Assembly (NCBI GenBank): GCA_964567575.1
Contig: CAZMMZ010000002.1
Span: 26,004 to 90,003 of the forward strand
DNA length: 64,000 nucleotides
DNA from: Candidatus Undinarchaeota archaeon
GTDB lineage: Archaea; Undinarchaeota; Undinarchaeia; Undinarchaeales; UBA543
Direction of reading: 5' to 3'
The translations under genes were made by a program, and so were the position numbers. Positions 17,083-25,288 of the stretch are shown here, one piece after another. Each line of letters opens with the position of its first letter. Position 1 is the first letter of the stretch. The notes under the pieces are model-generated. The model saw nothing but the letters and a program-made list of their open reading frames with translations, was not told the DNA's origin and did not search any database.

Positions 17083-17227
17083 GATAAAAAATGCGAGTAG
17101 GTTCTTTCTATGTTTTGCATAGTTTGCCATTCTCCTCCTCTCCTGCTCGCACTCATTTTTACTACTGGATAAACTCATTCGAGTTAAAAAAACTTTAAAA
17201 CCCTTCAGCGAGAGCACTATTTTTGTA

Positions 17228-17473
17228 ATGGAAAACAATGCGTTTCTCTTCGCGAGAATCAATATAAAAAATGAGCAGGAGGTTCTTGAAAAAGTGCAGA
17301 AGATAAATGGCGTAGATTACGCCGTTCTCCTCTTTGGTAAGGAAGACCTGCTCGCCAAACTTTCTGCAAAAAATGTAGATGTTATTTACAAAGAAACTTT
17401 GTCAAAGCTCAGAGAAATTCCTGGGCTTGAAGCAACAAAGATATTTCTTTGCAAAGGAGTAGAAGATGAATAA
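17228..17473 (+). CDS. Stand-alone Lrp/AsnC ligand-binding domain protein
   Basis: AFLFARIN...GVDYAVLLFGKEDLLAKL...LREIPGLEATKIF, 81 aa; overlaps the pilin gene. Confidence 0.8.
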   Translation: MENNAFLFARINIKNEQEVLEKVQKINGVDYAVLLFGKEDLLAKLSAKNVDVIYKETLSKLREIPGLEATKIFLCKGVEDE

Positions 17474-17786
17474 AAAAATTGTAATTGCAATTGTGTTTGC
17501 TTGTGTTTTTTTGCTTGTCCAAATCGGAAGTGTTCATGCAATTAAAAAAGATCAAAAAGAAGCAGTTGAAGGAATAGAGGATACTATTGGAAATGTAGTA
17601 GATCTTATTCAATTAATTGCAGGTTCTATTGGTGCTCTTGTTTTAACAGCCGGTGGAATTATGTTCATGGTTTCTGGAGAGAGTCCGGAAAAGAAAGATC
17701 AAGCAAAACAAATCCTAACAATGGGTGTTATTGGAATGGTGATTATTTTCGCTGGGCCCTGGATTGCACAATTTATTGTAAGTTAA
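17466..17786 (+). CDS. TrbC/VirB2-like T4SS pilin
   Basis: Signal peptide (VHA), then two TM helices joined by GGIMFMVSGESPEKKDQAKQILTMGVIG, typical of this pilin family. Confidence 0.8.
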   Translation: MNKKIVIAIVFACVFLLVQIGSVHAIKKDQKEAVEGIEDTIGNVVDLIQLIAGSIGALVLTAGGIMFMVSGESPEKKDQAKQILTMGVIGMVIIFAGPWIAQFIVS

Positions 17787-17787
17787 A

Positions 17788-18471
17788 ATGAAGTTGAAAA
17801 AGTTTGTAGTAATAGTATTAGCTTTAGTGCTTCTGCAATTACCAATTGTATATAGTGCAGAAACAGTTGCAATGCCAGTTGTTTCTGTTGGTGGTGGAGG
17901 TGGTGGTTGCAATTGTCCTGATGCAGAAGAAATTGCAGATAAGGTAGTTGTAAAACTTGAAGAAAAAGATGAAACAAAAAGTCAGGGAAAAGAAAAAATT
18001 AAAATTTCTGGAAAAGAGGAAGCGGATTCTGCAACAGAAATAGATAACCTTGTAAAAAAGGTAGAAACAAAAATATTCAATATTTCTGAATTCACAGGAG
18101 ATGCGCGTGAGATTATTGCACTCACGCGAGATAAAATGGATACTCCCTTGGCTGAAGTATACACTAGCGGAGGATTGAGTGTTGCAATGAAACTTCTCAG
18201 TCTTATTGGAATAGATACAGATGTGTTAGCGATTAGAGATGTTCCCAAAATAATATCTTGTGGTGCGGTTGCAACAGGAGGATTATGGAACTATTTCGCA
18301 GAATTACATAATTGCATTTCTAATGTAATTAATACTAAGCTTGAGAAATTAGAGCCTCAAACTATTGAAGAAAAGAAAAGAGAAATTGCAATAGAATCCG
18401 CATTTGAAACATCAAAAATAATTTCAACTGAGCTTGTATCAACTAAAGCATCAGAGGCATTTGGGTGGTGA
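17788..18471 (+). CDS. Secreted hypothetical protein of the T4SS-like module
   Basis: Signal peptide, GGGGGGCNCP linker, helical body; coupled to both neighbours. Confidence 0.65.
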   Translation: MKLKKFVVIVLALVLLQLPIVYSAETVAMPVVSVGGGGGGCNCPDAEEIADKVVVKLEEKDETKSQGKEKIKISGKEEADSATEIDNLVKKVETKIFNISEFTGDAREIIALTRDKMDTPLAEVYTSGGLSVAMKLLSLIGIDTDVLAIRDVPKIISCGAVATGGLWNYFAELHNCISNVINTKLEKLEPQTIEEKKREIAIESAFETSKIISTELVSTKASEAFGW

Positions 18472-19184
18472 TGATGAACAACACAATACTCGAGTTTTAT
18501 AAAATGTCACTTTCGCTTGTTTTTATGTTCTTAACTCCAATGTTACTAATTTTCGGGATTAGATTGCTGTTATCAAAATGGGGAACACCTGAAAAAAGAA
18601 CACAGATAAAGGAAACAGTTTCTGGCTTCATTTCATTTCTCATAGCAACACCAATTGGAATTTTGATGTATGGATTTCTAATAAAAATTTCTGAAAGCAT
18701 TTCATTATATTTTGTTGGAGAAAATTTTTCAGTTAATGGGTTAACAAATTTTTCAAATGCGTTTGCAAAAGTTTTGCAAAGTAAAACAATGATAGCAATT
18801 TATAATAAAGCTTCTATTTTTTCAACAATAACCATTTCAATGCAGCGCATATTACTTGTTTTGGGTGCTTTACTGATTCCAGTAACTTTTGCTCTAATTT
18901 TTCTTTCAACTTCAAATCAAATTAAAAACTTTGGACAGAGTATGATGATGTTTTTTGGATTAGTTATTTTTCTTCCAGTTCTTGATTCATTAATTTTTCA
19001 ATGTGCTGAAATTGCAATCACTCTAAGTACAAGTGCAGAATATATTGTAATTGGATCCTATTGGTTAGTTGGTTTCATGAATGTCTTTTTGCTTATCGCA
19101 GCTTTCCTAATTTCAAAATCAGGAGCAAATACAATAGTGCAAACAGTTGTTCAAAAAGTTAAGGAGGTTCGAATTAAAAAATAA
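18465..19184 (+). CDS. Polytopic membrane protein, VirB6/TrbL-like
   Basis: About six TM helices; lies between pilin and PrgI-like genes. Confidence 0.55.
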   Translation: MVMMNNTILEFYKMSLSLVFMFLTPMLLIFGIRLLLSKWGTPEKRTQIKETVSGFISFLIATPIGILMYGFLIKISESISLYFVGENFSVNGLTNFSNAFAKVLQSKTMIAIYNKASIFSTITISMQRILLVLGALLIPVTFALIFLSTSNQIKNFGQSMMMFFGLVIFLPVLDSLIFQCAEIAITLSTSAEYIVIGSYWLVGFMNVFLLIAAFLISKSGANTIVQTVVQKVKEVRIKK

Positions 19185-20050
19185 TGGCTTATGAAATTCC
19201 ACAATCCTTGAAATATGAAGAGAAAATAATTTTTGGATTAACAACTCGTCAATTAGCATATCTCAGCATTTCCTGTTTACCAATTGCAATACTTTTCAAA
19301 ACAGGACTTCCGTTTGCATTGAAAATTATTTTTTCAGTAATGTGTGTTTCTATTGGTGGTAGCTTTGCATTTTTGAAACTCGATAAAAAGTTTTTTGAAA
19401 TCTTTCAATTTTACAAGTCAAATAATCAGCTTGGATTTTTTGATAAAAAAATCTCAGAGATAATTGGTGTTAAAAAAGTTGAATGCGATTTGATAATTCT
19501 AAATGATAATAGTATTGTTGGGATTTTGCAAGTCATACCAATTAATTTTGAAACAAAAGCTGAAACTGATCAAAAAGCTATAATAAAAAATTATCAGGAA
19601 TTTTTGAATTCACTTGATTTTCCAATTCAATTACTTGTGAAAACAGTTAATGTAGATATTGATGATTATCTTAAACACCTTCGTACCGAAATTCAAAGAA
19701 AAATCAATAGCAAGCGAAGTAAGATGCAAAAGCTGTTTGAGAGCTATGTAGAGTTTATTGAGGATTACTTGAAAAATAATTCAGTAAAAAACAAATTGTT
19801 TTATGTTATTATTCGTGGTGGGCGAATTTCTCGAAATAAAACTGAAAATGAAAAAATTCTTACAGAAATTGAAAATCGTTTATTAGTTTGCAAAGAAGGT
19901 TTATCAAAATGCGGATTGAAAACAAATCGAATAAAAAGCGAAGCACTTGTTCCATTAATGTTAAGCTTTTTTGGATTTTCAGTAAATATTAAACAAAACT
20001 ATTCTTCACCATTAACTTTCTCTAGTAACAATAAAACCCACAATCTTTAG
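19184..20050 (+). CDS. PrgI/VirB3-like protein with extension of the type found just upstream of VirB4
   Basis: YEIPQSLKYEEKIIFGLTTRQLAYL, two TM, PINF...QKAIIKNYQEFLNSLDFPIQLLV, KLFYVII. Confidence 0.75.
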   Translation: MAYEIPQSLKYEEKIIFGLTTRQLAYLSISCLPIAILFKTGLPFALKIIFSVMCVSIGGSFAFLKLDKKFFEIFQFYKSNNQLGFFDKKISEIIGVKKVECDLIILNDNSIVGILQVIPINFETKAETDQKAIIKNYQEFLNSLDFPIQLLVKTVNVDIDDYLKHLRTEIQRKINSKRSKMQKLFESYVEFIEDYLKNNSVKNKLFYVIIRGGRISRNKTENEKILTEIENRLLVCKEGLSKCGLKTNRIKSEALVPLMLSFFGFSVNIKQNYSSPLTFSSNNKTHNL

Positions 20051-20980
20051 AATTTCGTTTTTGGCTTCTGAGTCTGGAAGTATATCTAATTCTTTTTTTG
20101 ATTCTTCTATTAATCTTGTAGCTTCTGTTTTTGCAAATTCAATTGATCCGGTTTTATCTAAAAGTTGAATTGCATTGTTTATCATTTCCTCTGTTGTTTC
20201 TTCTACAGATGTTTCTAAAATTTTCACAAGTTCTGCTTTATCAGTTTCTTCTAAATGTTGCAGTGCATGGCAAACAATACTTGTCTTTTTCCCTTTCTTT
20301 ATGTCAGAGCCGCGAGTCTTTCCGGTTTTGTTTGATGCAAAGTCAATATAATCATCCCAAATCTGATATGCTAATCCTAGTTTTATTCCTGCAGAATAAA
20401 TCTTTTCTTGAGTTTGTTTATCTGCATTAGCTATCATTGCTCCTAGTTTCAAAGATGTTGCAATATGCACTCCAGTTTTTAGTATTGACATTTGATTATA
20501 ATCTTCAATTGTTAGCGAATCTTTTTTCTCAAATAATACATCCCACGCTTGCCCTTCACACATATTTATAATTCCATTTGAAAAAACTTTAAAAACTTCT
20601 TGGTAATTTTCTCCAGTATATCTTAAAAGTGCTTCTATACTCTTTGCAAAAATTCCATCTCCAACATCTATTGCAAGTGCTTCACCTTGAGTTTTCCATA
20701 ACGTTGGTTTGCCTCTTCGTAATTCATCTTGATCCATTATATCGTCGTGTACTAAACTCATTGCTTGTATAAGTTCAACTGCTGCTGCTACTGGAACTGC
20801 GGTTTCTACATTTCCTCCTAGTGCTTCGCACACAAGTAAACAAAAAATAGGACGTATTCTTTTTCCTCCTGTTAAAACTTGTTCATTCATTGAATTGTAA
20901 AACTCAGAAGGATCTTTTTTTGGTAGAAGTTTTTCTAGTTCAATATCTACAAGTTGTTTGCATTGTTCTGTTGTTGTCAT
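20012..20980 (-). CDS. idsA: Short-chain trans-isoprenyl diphosphate synthase (GGPP synthase-like)
   Basis: GGKRIRP, SLVHDDIMDQDELRRGKPT, GQAWD, KTG, YQIWDDYID, SDIKKGKKT. Confidence 0.92.
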   Translation of the reverse strand: MTTTEQCKQLVDIELEKLLPKKDPSEFYNSMNEQVLTGGKRIRPIFCLLVCEALGGNVETAVPVAAAVELIQAMSLVHDDIMDQDELRRGKPTLWKTQGEALAIDVGDGIFAKSIEALLRYTGENYQEVFKVFSNGIINMCEGQAWDVLFEKKDSLTIEDYNQMSILKTGVHIATSLKLGAMIANADKQTQEKIYSAGIKLGLAYQIWDDYIDFASNKTGKTRGSDIKKGKKTSIVCHALQHLEETDKAELVKILETSVEETTEEMINNAIQLLDKTGSIEFAKTEATRLIEESKKELDILPDSEAKNEILKIVGFIVTRES

Positions 20981-21016
20981 TGCTATTCTGTATGGTGTTC
21001 TTGTTCAAATAATTTC

Positions 21017-22804
21017 CTAATCAACAGTCAAAGTCTTGCTTAAGTTTCTTGGAAAATCAGGATTCAAATCAAGATTCTTGCTTGCATAATAAGAAACCAA
21101 TTGCGCTGAAACAGTTGCTAAAATAGGAAATATTGTTTGTGAGGTTTTTGGAATTTTTACATAGCTTTCTGCATACTTCTGCAGAACATCATTATCTTCT
21201 GCAATCAGTAATACTTTCCCGTGCCTGCATGCAACTTCATTAATGTGGCTAATCATCATGTCAACATTATCTGGTGCAGTAATGAATGCAACTGGATAAT
21301 CTTTCTCAACTGCACTAAGTGGGCCGTGTTTGAATTCCGAACTGAAAATTCCTTCGCAGTGCATGTATGTGATTTCCTTGAGTTTGAGTGCACCTTCTTT
21401 TGCAATTGGGTGTGTGATTCCATACCCAAGATAATAAAGTTCTTTCCAACCTTTGATATGCCCTGCTAATTCTTTGCATTGCTCATCTGTTTCATCAATT
21501 GTTTTTTGAATAAGGTCAGGAAGTTCTGAAAGCCCTGCAGTGTCTTTTCCACCTTCGCGCATTGCAAGATAAAGGAACATTATTGCTTGATTCAAAAAAG
21601 TTTTTGTTGCAGGAACTGAAATTTCATATCCACATGCAATTGGTAAATAAACATCTGCGATGTTCATTAAAGTTGATCCAAGAACATTCATCATTCCTAA
21701 AACTTTGCATCCTTTTTCCTTTGCAAATTTCAAAGCATCTAGGACATCTTTTGTTTCTCCGCTCTGACTTACAAAAACAATTACATCTTCAGGTGTTAAT
21801 GTGTTTCCGTATTCTTCAGTGAATTGCTGAGGCAATGATGGGATAGCACGACGCTTTGCGATTTTATTAAAATAATATGATCCTAAAATACAAGCGTGAT
21901 GACTTGTTCCACATCCAACAAAATAAAGTTCTCTTGCATTTTTTATTTCTTCAACAAATGGTTCAACAAATTTTGAATCATTAAGTAAATCAATTAAATC
22001 CCGAGCTGCATTTGGTTGCTCGTGGATTTCTTTTAACATAAAATGTTCATATCCTCCTTTCTGCGCAGATTCCATACTTTCTGTATGCTCAACAGTTTCT
22101 CGCTCAACTTTTGATCCATCCTCTACTCTGTAAAATTCTGCTTTTCCTGGTTCAATAACTGCAATGTCTCCATCTTCCATATGGATTATTTTATTTGTAA
22201 GTGGTAATATTGATGGAACATCTGAAGAGCAGTATGATTCTTTTTCAGTAACTGCAACAACAAGTCCGGATCCTTTCTTAATTGCATAAAGTTTGTTCTC
22301 AGTTTTGTTCAAAAAAATAAGTGCATAATCTCCTTTGAATTCTTTGTAAGCAAGTTGTATGCTTTTCAGCATATCATTTCCTTGTCTCATATATTTTGCA
22401 ACAACATGCACACAAACTTCCCCGTCATTTGTACTTTCAATTGTGTGTCCTTCTTTTTCAAGAAGTTCTTGTAATTGTATTGTATTTACAACGTTTCCAT
22501 TCTCTGCACCAACAATTTCTTTTTTGCAATCCATAAATGGTTGCGCATTTACTTGTGCAGGAGCTCCAAAAGTAGCCCATCGCAATTGAATTATGCCTCG
22601 CTTGCCTGTTAATTCAGAAAGATTTAGCTTATCATCAACTTCTTCAACTTTTCCAATATCTTTTCTAAGATCAATAGTTTCTCCAGAAATTGTAGCAGCC
22701 CCAACTGAATCATAACCTCGATAAGAAAGTCTTTTTCCTCCCTCAACAAGCATTGAGCCAAGTTGCTTCTCTTCTTCTGAAACTATTCCAAATATGCCAC
22801 ACAT
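21017..22804 (-). CDS. glmS: Glutamine-fructose-6-phosphate transaminase (isomerizing)
   Basis: N-terminal MCGIFG, YRGYDSVG, SQSGETKD, PATKTF, LKLKEITY, EFKHGP, PRNLSKTLTVD. Confidence 0.94.
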   Translation of the reverse strand: MCGIFGIVSEEEKQLGSMLVEGGKRLSYRGYDSVGAATISGETIDLRKDIGKVEEVDDKLNLSELTGKRGIIQLRWATFGAPAQVNAQPFMDCKKEIVGAENGNVVNTIQLQELLEKEGHTIESTNDGEVCVHVVAKYMRQGNDMLKSIQLAYKEFKGDYALIFLNKTENKLYAIKKGSGLVVAVTEKESYCSSDVPSILPLTNKIIHMEDGDIAVIEPGKAEFYRVEDGSKVERETVEHTESMESAQKGGYEHFMLKEIHEQPNAARDLIDLLNDSKFVEPFVEEIKNARELYFVGCGTSHHACILGSYYFNKIAKRRAIPSLPQQFTEEYGNTLTPEDVIVFVSQSGETKDVLDALKFAKEKGCKVLGMMNVLGSTLMNIADVYLPIACGYEISVPATKTFLNQAIMFLYLAMREGGKDTAGLSELPDLIQKTIDETDEQCKELAGHIKGWKELYYLGYGITHPIAKEGALKLKEITYMHCEGIFSSEFKHGPLSAVEKDYPVAFITAPDNVDMMISHINEVACRHGKVLLIAEDNDVLQKYAESYVKIPKTSQTIFPILATVSAQLVSYYASKNLDLNPDFPRNLSKTLTVD

Positions 22805-22887
22805 ATTATTCAAGTTCCAGTATAACGTATATAATCTTTACTAAAATATTTATACTACTACTTTAAACTTATTTTTAGTGGTATACT

Positions 22888-23799
22888 ATGCAAATTGTAA
22901 TTAGAGAAGGAAAAAAAGTAAAATCTGTTTCTGCAAAAGAGATAGGCGGCGCCCAAATTAAGAGTCTTAGCTCTGACTTGGCCCAACAGGTATTAAAAAT
23001 TCTTTCAAAGGGGGAGAGTTATCCAAAGGAGATTGCAAAGAATTTGAAAATGCATGAGCAAAAAGTGTATTATCATATTCGTAATTTGGAAAAAGCTGGC
23101 ATCATTAAAGTTATTCGCGAGGAAACTCGACAAGGTGCAACTGCAAAATACTATGCTCTTTGTGATTCAGCCTTTGTAATGCGTTATCAAGATTTCCAAG
23201 ATGCTAAAAAAATTGCTGAAGATACTATAGATTTGCAACCATTTGTTTCAAATGGTGAGCTTCACTCTACAATCGTTATCGGTAGCCCGTTTTCGCACGG
23301 GCCAGAACGCTCGCAATCAAGAGATGGTTATTACGGAGTTGATCTTGCGCTTTTCTTAGGAACTTTCTTAACACATTTACCAGATTCAAAAGTTCGAATG
23401 GATACTGAAATGAAGGCAGAAGACCTAAAAGAAAATTTAATTTTGCTGGGTGGACCTGCTGTTAACAAAATTTTGGAAAGAGTGAACAGTAAATTGCCAA
23501 TACGTTTTGTAAAAGATAAGAAATGGTACATTTATTCAAGGTATTCAAAAAAGAAATACACAGCTGATGAATGCGGAATGATTGTTGAAGCCGAGAATCC
23601 GTTTGCAAAAGGAAAACGATTGCTTATAATTGCTGGAATTCGATATTCTGGGACAAAAGCTGCGGTTCTTGCTCTAATAAAAGGCTTTGACAAATTTGTT
23701 AAGGGAAATAAATATAATAAAAAAGCAAAAGCTAGTGTTGTTGAAGGTTTTGATGCGGATTCAGATGGAATTTTAGATACTGTGGAGTTTTCAGAGTAA
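22888..23799 (+). CDS. ArsR-like winged HTH protein fused to an S-layer-like C-terminal domain
   Basis: YPKEIAKNLKMHEQKVYYHIRNLEKAGII; C-domain NLILLGGPAVNK, NPFAKGKRLLIIAG, GTKAAV. Confidence 0.75.
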   Translation: MQIVIREGKKVKSVSAKEIGGAQIKSLSSDLAQQVLKILSKGESYPKEIAKNLKMHEQKVYYHIRNLEKAGIIKVIREETRQGATAKYYALCDSAFVMRYQDFQDAKKIAEDTIDLQPFVSNGELHSTIVIGSPFSHGPERSQSRDGYYGVDLALFLGTFLTHLPDSKVRMDTEMKAEDLKENLILLGGPAVNKILERVNSKLPIRFVKDKKWYIYSRYSKKKYTADECGMIVEAENPFAKGKRLLIIAGIRYSGTKAAVLALIKGFDKFVKGNKYNKKAKASVVEGFDADSDGILDTVEFSE

Positions 23800-24551
23800 T
23801 GGAATTAATTGATGTACATTCACACATCTCTGCAAGACAATTTGACAATGATAGAGAGGGTGTAGTGCAACACTCGCTTGATAGCGGTTTATTAATGATT
23901 CTTGATTCTGGAGAAACTTTAAAAGAAAATGAAAAGTCTTTGGATATTTCAGAGAAATTTGCAGGTGTGAAATCCTGCGCAGGGTTCAGTCCTAAGAATA
24001 TCAAAGCATTAGATGCAAAACTTGTTCTATCTTATATTCGTGCAAATGCAGATAAGTTTGTTGCAATCGGAGAAGTTGGTTTAGATTACTGGTACATTAA
24101 AGAACATGCTGATCGCGAAAAGCAAAAGAAAATATTTGTTGATTTTATTGAACTTGCAGTTGAATTAGATAAGCCGCTTGTTATTCATTCTCGTTCTGCT
24201 GGGAAATATGCAATTGATTTGTTAATTGCAAATAATGCAACGCGTGTTTGCATGCATGCATTCGATGGTTCTACAAAAAGCGCGCAAGCAGGAGTTGATG
24301 CAGGATTTTTCTTTTCAATTCCACCTAGTGTAACTCATTCTGAACAAAAAAGAAAACTTGTTGAGAAGCTTCCAATTGAGAATATACTACTTGAAAGTGA
24401 TGCGCCTGCTCTTGGTCCTGAGAAAGGAAAGAAAAACACACCTAAAAACATTGTTATTTCTCTTGAGGAAATTGCAAAAATTAAACAATTGGATAAATCC
24501 GAAGTTGCAAGAGTAACAACTGAGAATGCACGAAATTTGTTCAAATTGTAG
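23799..24551 (+). CDS. tatD: TatD family nuclease
   Basis: IDVHSH, AIGEVGLDY, VIHSR, MHAFDG, LLESDAP. Confidence 0.93.
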   Translation: MELIDVHSHISARQFDNDREGVVQHSLDSGLLMILDSGETLKENEKSLDISEKFAGVKSCAGFSPKNIKALDAKLVLSYIRANADKFVAIGEVGLDYWYIKEHADREKQKKIFVDFIELAVELDKPLVIHSRSAGKYAIDLLIANNATRVCMHAFDGSTKSAQAGVDAGFFFSIPPSVTHSEQKRKLVEKLPIENILLESDAPALGPEKGKKNTPKNIVISLEEIAKIKQLDKSEVARVTTENARNLFKL

Positions 24552-24569
24552 TACTGACATATGTCAGTA
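24552..24569. promoter_or_regulatory. Perfect 18-bp palindrome upstream of the transglutaminase-like gene
   Basis: TACTGACATATGTCAGTA directly before TATA-like CTTAAATA (24573-24580). Confidence 0.5.
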
Positions 24570-24613
24570 AAGCTTAAATACTGGTTTATTCACGTTTCTG
24601 TTGAAGTGAAGCT

Positions 24614-25288
24614 ATGAAGAAACAAAATCTAATAATCATTGTTTTGATGATAGTTATACCTCTGACTCTGTTCTTTTTGTCAGACTCGATATTAGCTGAT
24701 GGTTTTGAATCTGAATCACCAACAGGTTTTGTTACATTTGAAACTGTAGAATCTGAATGGGATTCATATGAGTACGGTTTTTTTGATACAAAAGCAGGTG
24801 CATGTAATCCTGAATATTTTTCATCTTCACCGAGAATGAATTCTTTTGAATTAACTCCAGATATTGCAGAACTTTCAAATTATCTAACAGCTGATGTAAC
24901 TACAGATCTTGACAAAGCTTACAAGCTTTTCGAATATACATCGCTTGATATCCTTTATGTTACTTATTCAAATGATTGGAGAACTCCAACTGAAGTTCTT
25001 GAAACAATGGATGGAGATTGCACAGACAAATCAATTGTTCTTGTTTCTCTTTTAGAAGAAGCAGGAATTGAAGCGTATGTTGTTTATGGTGGAGAAAACG
25101 AACTTTCTTATCAGCATGCTTGGGTTGTTGCAAACATCAATGGCGAATGGTTTGAAATGGATGCAACTTCAGAAGACTTTTATTCTGTTTACAAGTGCAA
25201 GCAGAATAAAGATTGTATTCATGAGAAATATTACAATGAAGTGCTTGGTGTTTTTGGTCCAGACATTGCTTTGAAATGTGCAAATTAG
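24614..25288 (+). CDS. Exported transglutaminase-like (Cys-His-Asp) protein
   Basis: N-terminal TM; GDCTDKS, HAWVV, WFEMDAT catalytic triad. Confidence 0.85.
   Translation: MKKQNLIIIVLMIVIPLTLFFLSDSILADGFESESPTGFVTFETVESEWDSYEYGFFDTKAGACNPEYFSSSPRMNSFELTPDIAELSNYLTADVTTDLDKAYKLFEYTSLDILYVTYSNDWRTPTEVLETMDGDCTDKSIVLVSLLEEAGIEAYVVYGGENELSYQHAWVVANINGEWFEMDATSEDFYSVYKCKQNKDCIHEKYYNEVLGVFGPDIALKCAN

Noticed and set aside
17068-17130. 20-aa minus-strand ORF MANYAKHRKNLLAFFISEHW behind GGAGAGGAGGAG
   Set aside because: Very short, overlaps the end of a plus-strand ORF, no motif; the purine tract may be chance.
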